Source: a virus
Lineage: Duplodnaviria; Caudoviricetes
DNA: 63,934 nucleotides
Virus record (IMG/VR): IMGVR_UViG_3300048588_000315
Location: 1-63,934 of that record
Direction: 5' to 3' (one strand)
Shown: in pieces, positions 28,546 through 38,764 of the stretch
How the letters are laid out: every line of letters starts with the position of its first letter
Position numbering within the stretch: position 1 is the first letter of the stretch
Made by a program: the position numbers and the translations under genes
Notes under the pieces: generated by a model
What the model was told of the DNA's origin: nothing
What the model saw: the letters and a program-made list of their open reading frames with translations, nothing else
Database searches by the model: none

Positions 28546-28852
28546 CGCTCAGTTCTTTCTTTATCTCTGCGTTCAGCTTTTGAGAAGCTTCTTTGTCGAA
28601 GCAAGCTGCGATGGCGGACCTCATCACGCTTGCTGCTTGGATCTGCTCTAGCCTCTTCGTCTTCGCAGCTTGCTCAACGAAGAACAGATACTGAGGAAGC
28701 GTCCATCCTACGTAGGGGATTCCGTCTTGCTGTCGGCCGGTGATGTCTGCGATTGAGTGCCCGGCTGAGAGAAGAAGCTGGAGAGAGCGGTCGAGGTCTC
28801 CTTGTCGCTGATGCCGAGGCGGCGGCCGACCTCCACTGCCGCCTCCATCCAA
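28538..28852 (-). CDS. Tail assembly chaperone, second (gpT-like) frame
   Basis: Overlaps the chaperone gene in the -1 frame just before the tape measure gene; how it is initiated is unclear. Confidence 0.55.
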   Translation of the reverse strand: MDGGGSGGRPPPRHQRQGDLDRSLQLLLSAGHSIADITGRQQDGIPYVGWTLPQYLFFVEQAAKTKRLEQIQAASVMRSAIAACFDKEASQKLNAEIKKELSDG

Positions 28853-29244
28853 GGGGACAGCTTATCCGCGCCGATGAAGGACTCTTCAATCCACGCGACG
28901 GCGAGCTTCGGGATGCAGTAGTGCGGAAGATCTTCGACGGTGACTTCACTGTTGTCAAAGCGAACGCACTCGGCGAAGACAGTCAGAAGGTCAGTCATCA
29001 CGACGGGGAGCAGAACCTGAGTGACGATCTTCCCGGCTTGAGCCCAGTCCTGCTTGATGGCAGCTTCACGAAACGACGGCATCGACATCATGGAGTCGAT
29101 GATCCGGAGAACTGACCCCCGGAGTGCTTTGACATGCTTGAACCCGACAGGGTAGACTCGTGCTGAGAGCTTCCCTTCGATGATAACGATCTCTCTTCCA
29201 GGAAAGAGAACGTCAACAGCAGAAACCTTTTCCTTCTTCGCCAT
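28708..29244 (-). CDS. Tail assembly chaperone (gpG-like)
   Basis: Position between tail tube and tape measure genes. Confidence 0.65.
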   Translation of the reverse strand: MAKKEKVSAVDVLFPGREIVIIEGKLSARVYPVGFKHVKALRGSVLRIIDSMMSMPSFREAAIKQDWAQAGKIVTQVLLPVVMTDLLTVFAECVRFDNSEVTVEDLPHYCIPKLAVAWIEESFIGADKLSPWMEAAVEVGRRLGISDKETSTALSSFFSQPGTQSQTSPADSKTESPT

Positions 29245-29257
29245 GTGAACCTACTCC

Positions 29258-29300
29258 AAGGCCGAGACTCTCGGGAGCGAACGAGAGTCCCGGCCTTCTT
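29258..29300. terminator. Hairpin after the major tail gene
   Basis: GGCCG-A-GACTCTCG...CGAGAGTC-C-CGGCC inverted repeat. Confidence 0.4.
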
Positions 29301-29334
29301 CAAAATGAGAATCGCTCCTACGAGTTGAACGCAA

Positions 29335-30372
29335 TTAGCTGACGGTCGGCAGATCGCCCACCCACTGAACGAGACGTCCGGCCGGATTCGCAGCCGTGCG
29401 ATCGGCGAGGACGGTGAAGTCCAGCGTCATGGTGGAATAGTTATCCACCGAGAAAGCGCCGGACGCGGGAGTGACGGAGACCCGGCACTCGCGGACGGTC
29501 TGCCGCGTGTTTCCTTCGCGCGACCAGATGAGAGCGACGTCTCCCTTGATGGCGCCGACGGAGTTCTGCGGATAGAGGATGCGATTGCCGGTGATGGCGC
29601 GAGGAGTCATCACAACGTAGATCGCGCCGTCGGCATCGAAAGCTCCGCCGTCGATCATGCGGATCATGCCACGTTCCAGCGAGGCGACTTCCCAGTCCGT
29701 GTCCTCCACGAGGACATCCTTGTTGATACTGCCTCCCGTGCTATTCGATCCGGCGATCGCTTCATCGACCACGATGTTCGTGTGATCCGTGTCGAAGGTC
29801 GCCGACGCGACCGTCAACGTGAGGCCCTGCTGCGCAGCGTCGCTGGTCCCCCAGAGAAGGATCGTGTCGCCATCGCTGTAGTTCGCAGCGACGTTGCCCG
29901 GAACGACGATCGTCTTCGTGCCGGTCGTCACCGAAGTGATGGCGACAGCCGCGCCGGTCGTGACGCCGAGAACGGCGGACAGGCCGAAGATGAAGTTGAC
30001 CGTCGCCGCGTCGTAGTCCGCATCGAGCAGCTTCAGCAGACGGCCGACGTGAGCGTAGTGCTTCTTGCTGATCTTCGTCGCCGCCTGAGTGAACGCTCCG
30101 GCCGGATTGGCGAGGAACATGAGCGCAAGGTTGTCCAGATTCAAGTTCGAGCAGACGATGCTGTACTTCTCGGTGATGGCGATCACCTGCTCATCGGCAA
30201 TGACCTTGATGCCGCCGTCGGCATCCTGAAGCGTGATCTTCTCCGGCTCCAGCGTGGGAGACGCGACTTCGATGATGCCGAGGTCGACGATCGGCTGGCG
30301 CACGGCGCTGATGGGATCGCGGCGGAAGTAGAGACGCGATCCGGTGATCCACGGATCCTGGAATCCAAGCAT
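29335..30372 (-). CDS. Major tail tube protein
   Basis: 345 aa with highly biased codons, upstream of the chaperones, with an inserted beta-rich domain. Confidence 0.8.
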   Translation of the reverse strand: MLGFQDPWITGSRLYFRRDPISAVRQPIVDLGIIEVASPTLEPEKITLQDADGGIKVIADEQVIAITEKYSIVCSNLNLDNLALMFLANPAGAFTQAATKISKKHYAHVGRLLKLLDADYDAATVNFIFGLSAVLGVTTGAAVAITSVTTGTKTIVVPGNVAANYSDGDTILLWGTSDAAQQGLTLTVASATFDTDHTNIVVDEAIAGSNSTGGSINKDVLVEDTDWEVASLERGMIRMIDGGAFDADGAIYVVMTPRAITGNRILYPQNSVGAIKGDVALIWSREGNTRQTVRECRVSVTPASGAFSVDNYSTMTLDFTVLADRTAANPAGRLVQWVGDLPTVS

Positions 30373-30384
30373 GAGAGAGCTCCT

Positions 30385-30834
30385 TTAGAATTCGATCTTC
30401 ACATTCGTTACGAGACCCTGGACTCCACGATCGGAGTCAGAGACTTCTACTGCCTTATTCAAGTCGCGAAATCTTCGCGTGATCAACGGCATCTGTGACT
30501 CTTCATCAATCGAACTTGAAGCGACCCGAATCACATGTCTCACATCGAAGAACATTTCATCCAAGAGACCATCGTCAATATCGTTGCCTGATATAGCAGC
30601 CATCAGCTCGAAACCGACTATCGCTACGCTCTTGCCGTTCTCATCCGGAAAGAGATCGCACTCATCGAACATGAAGCAGACGGCAAACGGGAACGCCTGA
30701 AAGTCGTGCTTCGCCCAGACGACCGGTCCGCGCTTGACGAACTTATAGCGGCCTCCGTGGACGCGCTTGAACTCGTCGCGTATCGCCACTACGATCTTAG
30801 CGCGGATTGACTCTGGATTTCGTATTGTCGCCAC
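30385..30834 (-). CDS. Tail terminator-like protein
   Basis: Size and position directly before the tail tube gene. Confidence 0.6.
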   Translation of the reverse strand: MATIRNPESIRAKIVVAIRDEFKRVHGGRYKFVKRGPVVWAKHDFQAFPFAVCFMFDECDLFPDENGKSVAIVGFELMAAISGNDIDDGLLDEMFFDVRHVIRVASSSIDEESQMPLITRRFRDLNKAVEVSDSDRGVQGLVTNVKIEF

Positions 30835-31480
30835 GTATCAGTTCCTTCACGAACGATGCAATGTCGGCCGCGATCTGCGGCAGAAACTCTTTCACAGGAT
30901 CACTGAGCCAGTGATACGCTGGAATCTGAACTCGCTTCACGAGGAGATACAGCGTAGCTACATCCCTGAGTTCCAGACCCTGCTCCATCGCTGCTTCATA
31001 CTCTCCAGCGTCCACCAGTCTACCTACTGCTACGCGGCCTCCGCGAAACGGAATGAACCGGAGCTCTCCGGGATAGTTTCGTGGTCCGCCATATCTGTCC
31101 ACGCCAGCGGGAGTCATCGCCTTCTCTTGTGGGATGGCGAGTGCCTTCGCATTCTTCGGCTCGATCGTGCCTCCTCGTTCCAGTATTCCGGCGTAGGCGA
31201 GGCTAGGACCGCGCAGTACTCCAACTCGTATAACCGGCAGGCCTCGCATACGTTCAGCCTTGCCGATCACCGACCGGGCCAGTCCACCGGTCCGCCTCTT
31301 CAGCCGATTGCCGGACAGCGTAGTCTTGATCACGTACGATGCAGTCTTCAACGCGAGAACTTCTAATCGCTGAAACAGCAACGACTGAAGTTGATTGAAC
31401 TCCAGTTGCGTCTTGAGGCGCGCGATCTCCTTTCTGGATGCAGCAGTTATCTTGATCTCCACTACAGCCTCCTCGCCCAT
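30797..31480 (-). CDS. Neck/tail-completion protein (HK97 gp10-like)
   Basis: RTGGLARS...YAGILERGG.I.PK..KAL motif. Confidence 0.7.
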   Translation of the reverse strand: MGEEAVVEIKITAASRKEIARLKTQLEFNQLQSLLFQRLEVLALKTASYVIKTTLSGNRLKRRTGGLARSVIGKAERMRGLPVIRVGVLRGPSLAYAGILERGGTIEPKNAKALAIPQEKAMTPAGVDRYGGPRNYPGELRFIPFRGGRVAVGRLVDAGEYEAAMEQGLELRDVATLYLLVKRVQIPAYHWLSDPVKEFLPQIAADIASFVKELIRGDNTKSRVNPR

Positions 31481-32022
31481 CTCTGCGCAGCTGCTTTGAA
31501 CGCGTCATGATGGAGAGACGACTTGAAGCTCGTCGATCCGCCTTGAAATCCTTGAGACGCGATATGGATCAGAGAATCCGTGTCTCTCGCAAGGCGGAAC
31601 TGGACCTCCGTCAGCAGGGCGAGCCGAATATCGGCAAGGGACTGGACGGAGCTCAGCGCCTCGAGCCCACAATCGTACGTCACGCGAACGTACCGCGTGA
31701 AGTAGTCGTTCAACCTGCGGACGGAGTGCCGTGTCAACGAGAACTTCCTCAGCACGAACTCGCTCTCTTCCAACTCGACAGCGTCAGCCGGATCGTTCTC
31801 CCACACTTCCACTTTGGAGATGGTCGGTTCATAGGCGAAGATGTGAATCTCATCCTGCTGCTCTTCGAGCATGAACTCTTCGATCTCGTCTTCTCGTACG
31901 GACCACTTGACGCCAGTCGCTCGTTCGAAATCGGCGACGACAGCTGCACTGAGGACCGCTACGCGAGCCTCGTTCTTCACCGGTCCGCCGAGGAAGGCGC
32001 GCACTTCAGCTATACTGATCAT
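31462..32022 (-). CDS. Head-tail connector (gp6/gp15-like)
   Basis: ISIAEVRAFL...VRVTYDCG...DIRLAL pattern and position. Confidence 0.7.
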   Translation of the reverse strand: MISIAEVRAFLGGPVKNEARVAVLSAAVVADFERATGVKWSVREDEIEEFMLEEQQDEIHIFAYEPTISKVEVWENDPADAVELEESEFVLRKFSLTRHSVRRLNDYFTRYVRVTYDCGLEALSSVQSLADIRLALLTEVQFRLARDTDSLIHIASQGFQGGSTSFKSSLHHDAFKAAAQRWARRL

Positions 32023-32024
32023 GA

Positions 32025-32393
32025 TCAGGCTCCTTCAGCGGACAGAGGCAGAGAGCAGTTGACATAGAAGCGATCAGTGTAGACCCAATCACCGCCTCGC
32101 TTCAAAGCAACATCGGCGAGGTAGATGCCGGGAGTGAGGTCCTCGATCTCCTCTTCTGTCGGCGGATCGATGACCAGCTTGTCATTGACAGCGTCGATCG
32201 AGATACCGTCGGCGTCCGTTCGCTCGACCAGAGCAGCAGAGTTCTCTGTCGCCTTGATGACGAACCGCGCTTCCGTCACAGTCGACATGTCCTCGTTGTC
32301 ACCGTTCTCGTCGACGACGATCACAACGATCGGCTGCGCAGACCCGAGAATGACGTTGAGAGTAGATGGAACGCTATCTGTCATCGACTGCAC
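32025..32393 (-). CDS. Small acidic virion-associated protein (BppU-N-like)
   Basis: Beta-rich 122 aa ORF with LTPGIYLADV motif. Confidence 0.5.
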   Translation of the reverse strand: MQSMTDSVPSTLNVILGSAQPIVVIVVDENGDNEDMSTVTEARFVIKATENSAALVERTDADGISIDAVNDKLVIDPPTEEEIEDLTPGIYLADVALKRGGDWVYTDRFYVNCSLPLSAEGA

Positions 32394-32560
32394 CTTTGCT
32401 TTGATATCTCACGATGACTGTCGGCTGTCTTAGCATCACGATCACAGTGTTCGTTGTCGGCACTTCAGGCGTCGGCACTGGATCCGGGTCGCCGAAAGTT
32501 CTTTTTCTGAAGTCTTCCATAATAGAGAACGGCGACCGTTGAGTCGCCGCCTCGTTGAGA

Positions 32561-33061
32561 TTAGGCGTTCACGAAGTCGATCTGCTTCGCCAGCAGGTCT
32601 TCCAGCGCCTCGTTCGTGCTGTCCGGCTCGGCGATGAGATCGCCGATGGCATAGACGGCACCGACGATGACGTTCTGCGCGGCGGCATTCACGGCGGAGA
32701 TGCGGACCGCGTCGTACTCATACGACGAAGACGGCCGCTGAAGGCGAGAGAGATCCAGCTCGCCATGGAGCATGCCGTTCTCGAGGACGCCAGTGTCGGA
32801 GGTCTTCGCGACGGTGAAGGTGAGATCGGTGGAGCCGTCGGCCTTCTTCGCCGCGTCCCACGTGCTCGTCCCCTTCCGGCGCATCTGAACGGTGACGGTG
32901 AGAGCGTCGTTCGTGGTCATCGCTGCACCGATCAGGCACAGAATGAGACGGCGACCTTTCTCCCACGGACGGACGATGCTCTCGCCATTGATGGCCGAGT
33001 TGTTGATGTTCTGGGGCTTGAGAGCGAGGCCCCAGACCATTCGCTGATGCAGAGGAACCAT
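32561..33061 (-). CDS. Head decoration/cement-like protein
   Basis: Follows the capsid gene; GGAG RBS before MVPLHQ; capsid-like codon bias. Confidence 0.65.
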   Translation of the reverse strand: MVPLHQRMVWGLALKPQNINNSAINGESIVRPWEKGRRLILCLIGAAMTTNDALTVTVQMRRKGTSTWDAAKKADGSTDLTFTVAKTSDTGVLENGMLHGELDLSRLQRPSSSYEYDAVRISAVNAAAQNVIVGAVYAIGDLIAEPDSTNEALEDLLAKQIDFVNA

Positions 33062-33196
33062 GATTGTCTCCAAAGTGAAACGTGTTTGTTGATGAACCGT
33101 AACGACCCGGAATTCCGCTGCGAAAAGTAGCGGATCGCCCGCCCTGCTGCAAGCGAGCGACCCGCTCAAGGAGGCCGATGACTGAGCAGCAGTGGA

Positions 33197-34609
33197 TCAG
33201 GCCCGCATCTTCGCGTCGGGGCAGATCACGATGCTTTCCTCGTGACGGTAGCCGACGTCGGCGAACATGCGGAGCTTGACGAAGCCCTGATCCTTGATGA
33301 AGCCGGTTCCCTTCCCGGCGTCATCTTCGATCTCGATGCCGCCCCATCGGGCGAGGAGAACTTCGGACCAGTTCCCGTAGAAGACGTCGCCGTACTTCTC
33401 GTTCGTGCTGTCCGTCGTGCCGCCGATGGAAGCTCCAGGCTTCGCAGTGGTCGGGATCTGGGTGGACTTGTCGAACGCGCCGATGAGACCGCGCAGCGTT
33501 TCGTCCTTCAGCATGGGAGCGCCGAGGAGGTAGGGCTGACCCGAGGTCTGGCTGGAGTAGTTCTCCACCTTGATCTTCTTGAGGCGGCGGAAGTAGCGAG
33601 GCGCCGAGATGATCGCAGCGCTGGCGTCTTCCACGATGTTGGCGTCTTCGAGCGCTCCCTTCATTTCGTCGAGATCGTCGAAGTCCAGTTCGCCGCCGTC
33701 CCAGTCGGAGACGGCGAGGGCCGCCGTCCGCGTGAGGACCGTGCCATCCTCGGCGCGATAGTACTTCGCACCGGGGAGATTCACGAGTCCCTTCGGCTGG
33801 TTCTCGGTCCCCTTCCCGTAGGCGACCGTGTAGTCCAGCTTGAGAGCGGAAGCGCGAGTCATGTCGGATCGGAGGAGAGTCTCGAATCCGTACGAGCTGA
33901 ACCGCCGCATCTCATCGGTGATGCGGATGAGAACGCCCATCTTCTTCGGCGTGATGCTGACGTTGCCGGTCGACGCGACCGATTCAACGTAGGCATCTTC
34001 TTCGCCGATCCAGTAGGCGATGACGCCACCGTTGAACTTCGGGATGCGGGTCGTGCCGCCGACGAGACCGTCGAGAACCGAAACGCGGGTCGCTCCGCCG
34101 GGAAGAAGCGAAACGAAGACCGAGCGCCCGTAGATGGGAGCGATCACGTCGGCGATCACCTGATCCGGCACGAAGAAACCGCCCTGAGTGCCGATGCCGA
34201 CGACGTGACCGGTGGAGGAGGCCTTCGCCATCGCCGCCTGGATGACTTCCCATTCGAAGCCAGCGCCAGCTTTCTCGAACGCCGCCTTGTCCGAGCCCAT
34301 CTTCACGGCGCAGCAAGCGCGGAGCAGAGAGAACTTCTCCGCCTCGTCTTCCAGGCCGGGAATGAAGAGCGCGTTCTTGTTCGTCCGGATCTTCGCCTTC
34401 ACCTGCTCCATGCCAGTGTGAAGCTGATCCAGCTTCGCGAGAACGCTCTTCGGGTCGATGTCCTTGAACCGTTCGTCGAACGTCTCAAGCGCCTTGATGC
34501 GCTCGAGCAGCTTCGGCTGGCCTTCCGCGAGAGTCTTCATCTGAGTGAAGAGCTCGCGAGCCGCCATCAGCTCCTTCATCATCTTTTCCTGATCAGTCGT
34601 GAGAGCCAT
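33197..34609 (-). CDS. Major capsid protein (HK97 fold)
   Basis: Coiled-coil delta domain, GGFFVP, YWIGEE, GKGTENQPKGL, YGNWS motifs. Confidence 0.93.
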   Translation of the reverse strand: MALTTDQEKMMKELMAARELFTQMKTLAEGQPKLLERIKALETFDERFKDIDPKSVLAKLDQLHTGMEQVKAKIRTNKNALFIPGLEDEAEKFSLLRACCAVKMGSDKAAFEKAGAGFEWEVIQAAMAKASSTGHVVGIGTQGGFFVPDQVIADVIAPIYGRSVFVSLLPGGATRVSVLDGLVGGTTRIPKFNGGVIAYWIGEEDAYVESVASTGNVSITPKKMGVLIRITDEMRRFSSYGFETLLRSDMTRASALKLDYTVAYGKGTENQPKGLVNLPGAKYYRAEDGTVLTRTAALAVSDWDGGELDFDDLDEMKGALEDANIVEDASAAIISAPRYFRRLKKIKVENYSSQTSGQPYLLGAPMLKDETLRGLIGAFDKSTQIPTTAKPGASIGGTTDSTNEKYGDVFYGNWSEVLLARWGGIEIEDDAGKGTGFIKDQGFVKLRMFADVGYRHEESIVICPDAKMRA

Positions 34610-34697
34610 GATAGTTCATCTCCTATGGGTTCGTTTGAATGGAGGCTAACGTCGCCTTCTAATCTCTGTTCAATCACTGTTCCACTCTGTGGTATGT

Positions 34698-35933
34698 TCA
34701 AGCGCTGGAGCAGCTGTTCGCTGCTCTCAATGCCGCCGTGAGGTCCTCAATGAATTCCATGTCCTTACCTTCCTGCTCCTCCTGCTCTTCCTGTTCCTCC
34801 TCTTCGCCAGCTTTCGCTTCCGTTTCGGCCTTGTCCTCGATCAAAGACCGGATGTCCTTGATCGCCTCTCCCATGGACGAGAGCGATTCCTTCAGTTCGG
34901 TGATCTCGCCGCGGATCGCTTCCAGTTCCTTCTTGCCCTCCTCATTCGTGGGCGCGGTCGTGCCCTCGGAGTTGAGCTCGATCTCCTGCTCCGTCGGCAG
35001 AATCGGCTCATCCAAGTTCTTGTGGACGCTGAGCTCCAGCTTGGACTTCGGAAACAGCGCCTTCCACATTGCGATGACGCCAGCGTCCTTGGACCGGAAG
35101 CCGTCGGCAGTGAAGCCGGACCGGAGGCACTCCTGCCGCGTCAGTTCTCGTACAACTGCTGCATCGCCCGGCCGCAGCATGTTGCTAGCCTTCGCCGATC
35201 GCAGAAGGCTGAACGCTCCGGTGTTCGCCGGGATGGTCGTCGGCGAATGCTCAACGAGAACGCACGCTTCGAGAACCACTCCCCATCGGCCGAGACCGAG
35301 CTCTTCCCGCTCCTTCTCATCCTTGATGTCAAGGATGATTCCGGGATAGAACCCGACGGAAGAGGTTCGCAAGAAGCCCGACTTCACGAGGCGATAGACC
35401 GTATCGCCCCATGCGTAGACGTCGCCCGGCACGAAGAGATTGAGAAGGAACAGCGCGGGGCCCTCGTACTCCTTGTCCTTCCGGTCGACGACTTCCCACT
35501 TCAGAGAGTTGCCGATCGGCGGCATGTCCCACTGATGAGAGTAGGCGACGACGGGATTGTTGGCGAAGTCCTTGAAGTTCCAGTTCTGCCGCACGATGTC
35601 GCCGTGCCGGTCGACGCGCTCATCGCTGCCGAAATACGGGATGACGCGCTCTTCGAATCCGGCTCTCCACTCGATGCCGAGCTTCTCGGCCAGCTTGCGG
35701 AGATCCTCGGTCGGCGGCATCTCGAAGCCTGACGCGATGGAGTTCGTGACGCGCTTCTCCACGAACATCCGTCCGGTGGCGTCCTCGCCGACGACCGTCT
35801 GCGCGTCGTGCTTTGCTTCCTGCGTCGCTTCACGAATCTTCGTGTCGCGATCCTTGAGGAGCGCTTCGATCTTCGCCGGATCGGATACTTGCTCCACCGA
35901 CTTCAGTCCCTTGATACGTTCTTCAAGTTTCAT
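34698..35933 (-). CDS. HK97-type prohead protease with acidic C-terminal extension
   Basis: VDRHGDIV, NPVVAYSH, SSVGF, LVEHSPTTIPAN motifs. Confidence 0.88.
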   Translation of the reverse strand: MKLEERIKGLKSVEQVSDPAKIEALLKDRDTKIREATQEAKHDAQTVVGEDATGRMFVEKRVTNSIASGFEMPPTEDLRKLAEKLGIEWRAGFEERVIPYFGSDERVDRHGDIVRQNWNFKDFANNPVVAYSHQWDMPPIGNSLKWEVVDRKDKEYEGPALFLLNLFVPGDVYAWGDTVYRLVKSGFLRTSSVGFYPGIILDIKDEKEREELGLGRWGVVLEACVLVEHSPTTIPANTGAFSLLRSAKASNMLRPGDAAVVRELTRQECLRSGFTADGFRSKDAGVIAMWKALFPKSKLELSVHKNLDEPILPTEQEIELNSEGTTAPTNEEGKKELEAIRGEITELKESLSSMGEAIKDIRSLIEDKAETEAKAGEEEEQEEQEEQEGKDMEFIEDLTAALRAANSCSSA

Positions 35934-35934
35934 G

Positions 35935-36117
35935 TCACGCTCCTTCAGCGCGTATCTGGCCGACACGTTCGGCCAGAGCTTTCTTGATCTGCTTCAGTTC
36001 TTCGACAGTTCCGCCGCACGACGAAGCCAGCTTGCGAATGCCGGTCTTCGTTCTCATTTCTACTTCGATGATGGTACGACCACCTTCGGTTCGAGTTGTC
36101 CACTTGTCCCTCATCAT
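35935..36117 (-). CDS. Small hypothetical protein
   Basis: Fills the portal-protease gap with an ATGA overlap. Confidence 0.5.
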   Translation of the reverse strand: MMRDKWTTRTEGGRTIIEVEMRTKTGIRKLASSCGGTVEELKQIKKALAERVGQIRAEGA

Positions 36118-38516
36118 ACCGGAATGATCCTCACGCAACGGCAGTTCGCCACTTCACCGATCGGCGCGTCCGGATCGCCCGGGAACTTCAGCTCTCCCTC
36201 GCCAGACCGCCCGAGCGCCGACAGATAGTTATATCCCATCTTCTGAGGAGCCATCCCGCCGAAGACCTTATGTGATTCGCGAACATGCTCATCACCTGCT
36301 GTCACCCACTCCAGTTCTTCCACGCCAGTAGCTTCGAACATTCCTTCGCGAACGCTGTTCATGAACGACGCCGATTCGGTGCGAGCGATGGCGAGCGTCT
36401 TCGGCGTAGACACTGCTACGTTGAACACGTGCGCCACTCGCTCACGTATCTGGCCGATGGTCTCAGCCGCCTTGATCCCTTCCACAAGCTGCTTCTTCAA
36501 TCGCTTCTGCAGCGTCTTCGGTGCCGACGTACTGAGAGCGGTCAGTCTCCGCGTCATCTTATCAATGATGCGCGGGTCGTCGATCTCGAACGTAACGATG
36601 CCGCCGAGTTCCTCAGTTGTCAGGTTGTAAGTCGCTTCAAGAGCCGAGGAGTATTTCGGTTGGAACTTTCCTTTGATCCGGCTCGTCATCTCCGGCAACG
36701 GGATGAGGATGTTCGCGGCGATCTCAGCGACAGAGGCCTTCGCCCGCTTGCCGAGAACCTCCTGGATCCGCTTCAGTTGCAGCTTGCGTTCGCCCTCGAC
36801 CCAATCTCGCCACGACAGCTTCATTCCTTTCTCGATGGTCGTCTGTACCGCCAAGAACCTCTTCCACTGATTCGCCTTGGACAGCTTGCGTCGCGGCAGA
36901 AGCAGATTGACCGCGCCTCGCATCAGCTTCTTTGCCTCCTCGTCCTCGTCCTCATCCTCTTCCTTCGGCTTCTCTTCTTCCTCCGGCTCCTCCTCGTCTT
37001 CCTCTTCCTCATCATCAACATTCGGCGGAGTCTCGGACGGCGCGACCTCCGGTTCTTCTTCCGCTGCTTCCTCGTCTTCGAGCAGCTTCTCCACAGACAC
37101 GTTAAGAGGAGCAACGAAACACGTATCGCTTCCAGGATACTCCGGCACTTCGAGACCGACCATTTCGAAAGCGAGAACCGGCGGCATGTGAGCATCGACA
37201 GCCATCAATTTCTTCGCCGCGTCAATCTGCTCGGCGAGGCCTTGCTTCAGCGCTTCGATGTTGCTGAGGTCAAACGCGATCGTCACGTTGTCCTGCACGT
37301 TGCCGAGGACCGAAGTGTCAATCGTGTCTTCGATCAGGCGAACATCGGGCAGAAGACCTTTGTCCCAGAGATTCTTGTCCTGTCCAAGCTGAGTGGCGTA
37401 GTTCACAGATTCAGTCACGCCAGCGGTCGTCTTCGGCACACGAAGGACAGCGAAGATCTCATCGCGATCCCACTTCAGTGTCTCGAGATGCTGGAGATCA
37501 GCGGGCGACAGTCCGGTCTTCAAATACTTCCATGATCCCCAGAGGATCCCGACCTTGCTCACGTTCGTCGGTCCCTTGTGACGGTTCTCCCATCGTGACC
37601 GGACTGCTTCTTCTTCCTGCGGATCGAGCATCTCGCCTTCATAGGTGAGAACGCCGCCCGGATCACTGCCGTTCGCCATGATGGCGCGGTTCATCTCCTT
37701 CGCCATGAGATCCAGATTGATGCTGGAAGCAGCGGCCGCGATCGGGCTCAGTCCGCGGAACGGATTTACCGGATTGGGATACTTGAAGTGTGCAACCTCA
37801 TGCATCTCCAACGGGATCCGCTGTCCGCGATGGCCCATCGGGTCGTTCTCTTCCGTGCGATAGAACCATCCAAGCTGGCGACCGCCTCCGGGCTCGAAGA
37901 CCTCTTCAAAGCGATCCGGGTTCGCAGGCCAGATCTCGCCGATCGGCGTAGTGTCGGTGAGAAGACGCTCTCCGTTCTCATCGAAGAAGACCCAGAACGC
38001 TTCGCCGCGAAGACAGAGCCACAACTCGAGAAGCTGCACGAGCTGAGACTTCGTCATGAACGGATTGGGTCTGTCGAGCACAGCGGACAGCGGATGCTCG
38101 GGCATCGGCTCAAGCTTCTTCATCCGCTCACCGCGGAAGCGAGCCGGATTGGCTGCGCGTGTGAGATGCCGCTGTACTGCTGCTCGGCGACGGCCGGACT
38201 GAGGGCCATCCCATCGACCGAGGCGCTTGAGCGAAGCCTCCTGCCGGGACTTCTCAGTTTCCTCGGTCTCGCGGAACAGCGTGAGAGGCGCTTGGCTGAT
38301 GTTCGTCGCACGGATCATCGCCGCGGCGAATACCCATGCGTGATTCGCCATCGGGTCTCGGGCCCTCGCCAGCGACGGAGCGCTGAGGGAGACCAGAGAT
38401 GACAGGAACGAAGAGACCGGAGAGAACGACTTGGTGAGCGCAGCCGCTTTCTTCTCATCTTCGATCGGCGCGAACGGCCTGCCGAACTTATCAAGAATGT
38501 GAGTTCCGGTCTTCAT
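36114..38516 (-). CDS. Portal protein fused to a Mu gpF-like head morphogenesis domain
   Basis: Portal motifs LCLRGEAFW, RGLSPI, NGSDPGGVL; acidic linker; C-terminal IARTES..W....D.HVR.SH..NCRC. Confidence 0.9.
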   Translation of the reverse strand: MKTGTHILDKFGRPFAPIEDEKKAAALTKSFSPVSSFLSSLVSLSAPSLARARDPMANHAWVFAAAMIRATNISQAPLTLFRETEETEKSRQEASLKRLGRWDGPQSGRRRAAVQRHLTRAANPARFRGERMKKLEPMPEHPLSAVLDRPNPFMTKSQLVQLLELWLCLRGEAFWVFFDENGERLLTDTTPIGEIWPANPDRFEEVFEPGGGRQLGWFYRTEENDPMGHRGQRIPLEMHEVAHFKYPNPVNPFRGLSPIAAAASSINLDLMAKEMNRAIMANGSDPGGVLTYEGEMLDPQEEEAVRSRWENRHKGPTNVSKVGILWGSWKYLKTGLSPADLQHLETLKWDRDEIFAVLRVPKTTAGVTESVNYATQLGQDKNLWDKGLLPDVRLIEDTIDTSVLGNVQDNVTIAFDLSNIEALKQGLAEQIDAAKKLMAVDAHMPPVLAFEMVGLEVPEYPGSDTCFVAPLNVSVEKLLEDEEAAEEEPEVAPSETPPNVDDEEEEDEEEPEEEEKPKEEDEDEDEEAKKLMRGAVNLLLPRRKLSKANQWKRFLAVQTTIEKGMKLSWRDWVEGERKLQLKRIQEVLGKRAKASVAEIAANILIPLPEMTSRIKGKFQPKYSSALEATYNLTTEELGGIVTFEIDDPRIIDKMTRRLTALSTSAPKTLQKRLKKQLVEGIKAAETIGQIRERVAHVFNVAVSTPKTLAIARTESASFMNSVREGMFEATGVEELEWVTAGDEHVRESHKVFGGMAPQKMGYNYLSALGRSGEGELKFPGDPDAPIGEVANCRCVRIIPV

Positions 38517-38761
38517 TATTCGTCCATCATGTTGAGCAATTCTTCAACCATCTGCTTCAGTGCGGTTTGCCGTTCCGATAAGATGTTCACGTCCTTCTCA
38601 AGGCCGACCATCTTCTCGCGGACCGCCGCTATCTCCTGAGCCGCCGCCTTCTCCTTCTTCAATGCGAAGATGAAGACCGTGACGACAACACCGAGAGCGC
38701 CGGTAATGATGCCGAACAGAGTCAGTATGTCCTGCGTTGATATTGCCGTTTGTGAGAGCAT
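38516..38761 (-). CDS. Small membrane protein (one TM + coiled coil)
   Basis: Hydrophobic ILTLFGIITGALGVVVTVFIFAL followed by heptad repeats. Confidence 0.7.
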   Translation of the reverse strand: MLSQTAISTQDILTLFGIITGALGVVVTVFIFALKKEKAAAQEIAAVREKMVGLEKDVNILSERQTALKQMVEELLNMMDE

Positions 38762-38764
38762 TGA

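Noticed and set aside
28708-28862. Canonical -1 slippery heptamer for the tail chaperone frameshift
   Set aside because: The two ORFs overlap in the -1 arrangement, but I found no XXXYYYZ site in the open window, so the mechanism is not asserted.
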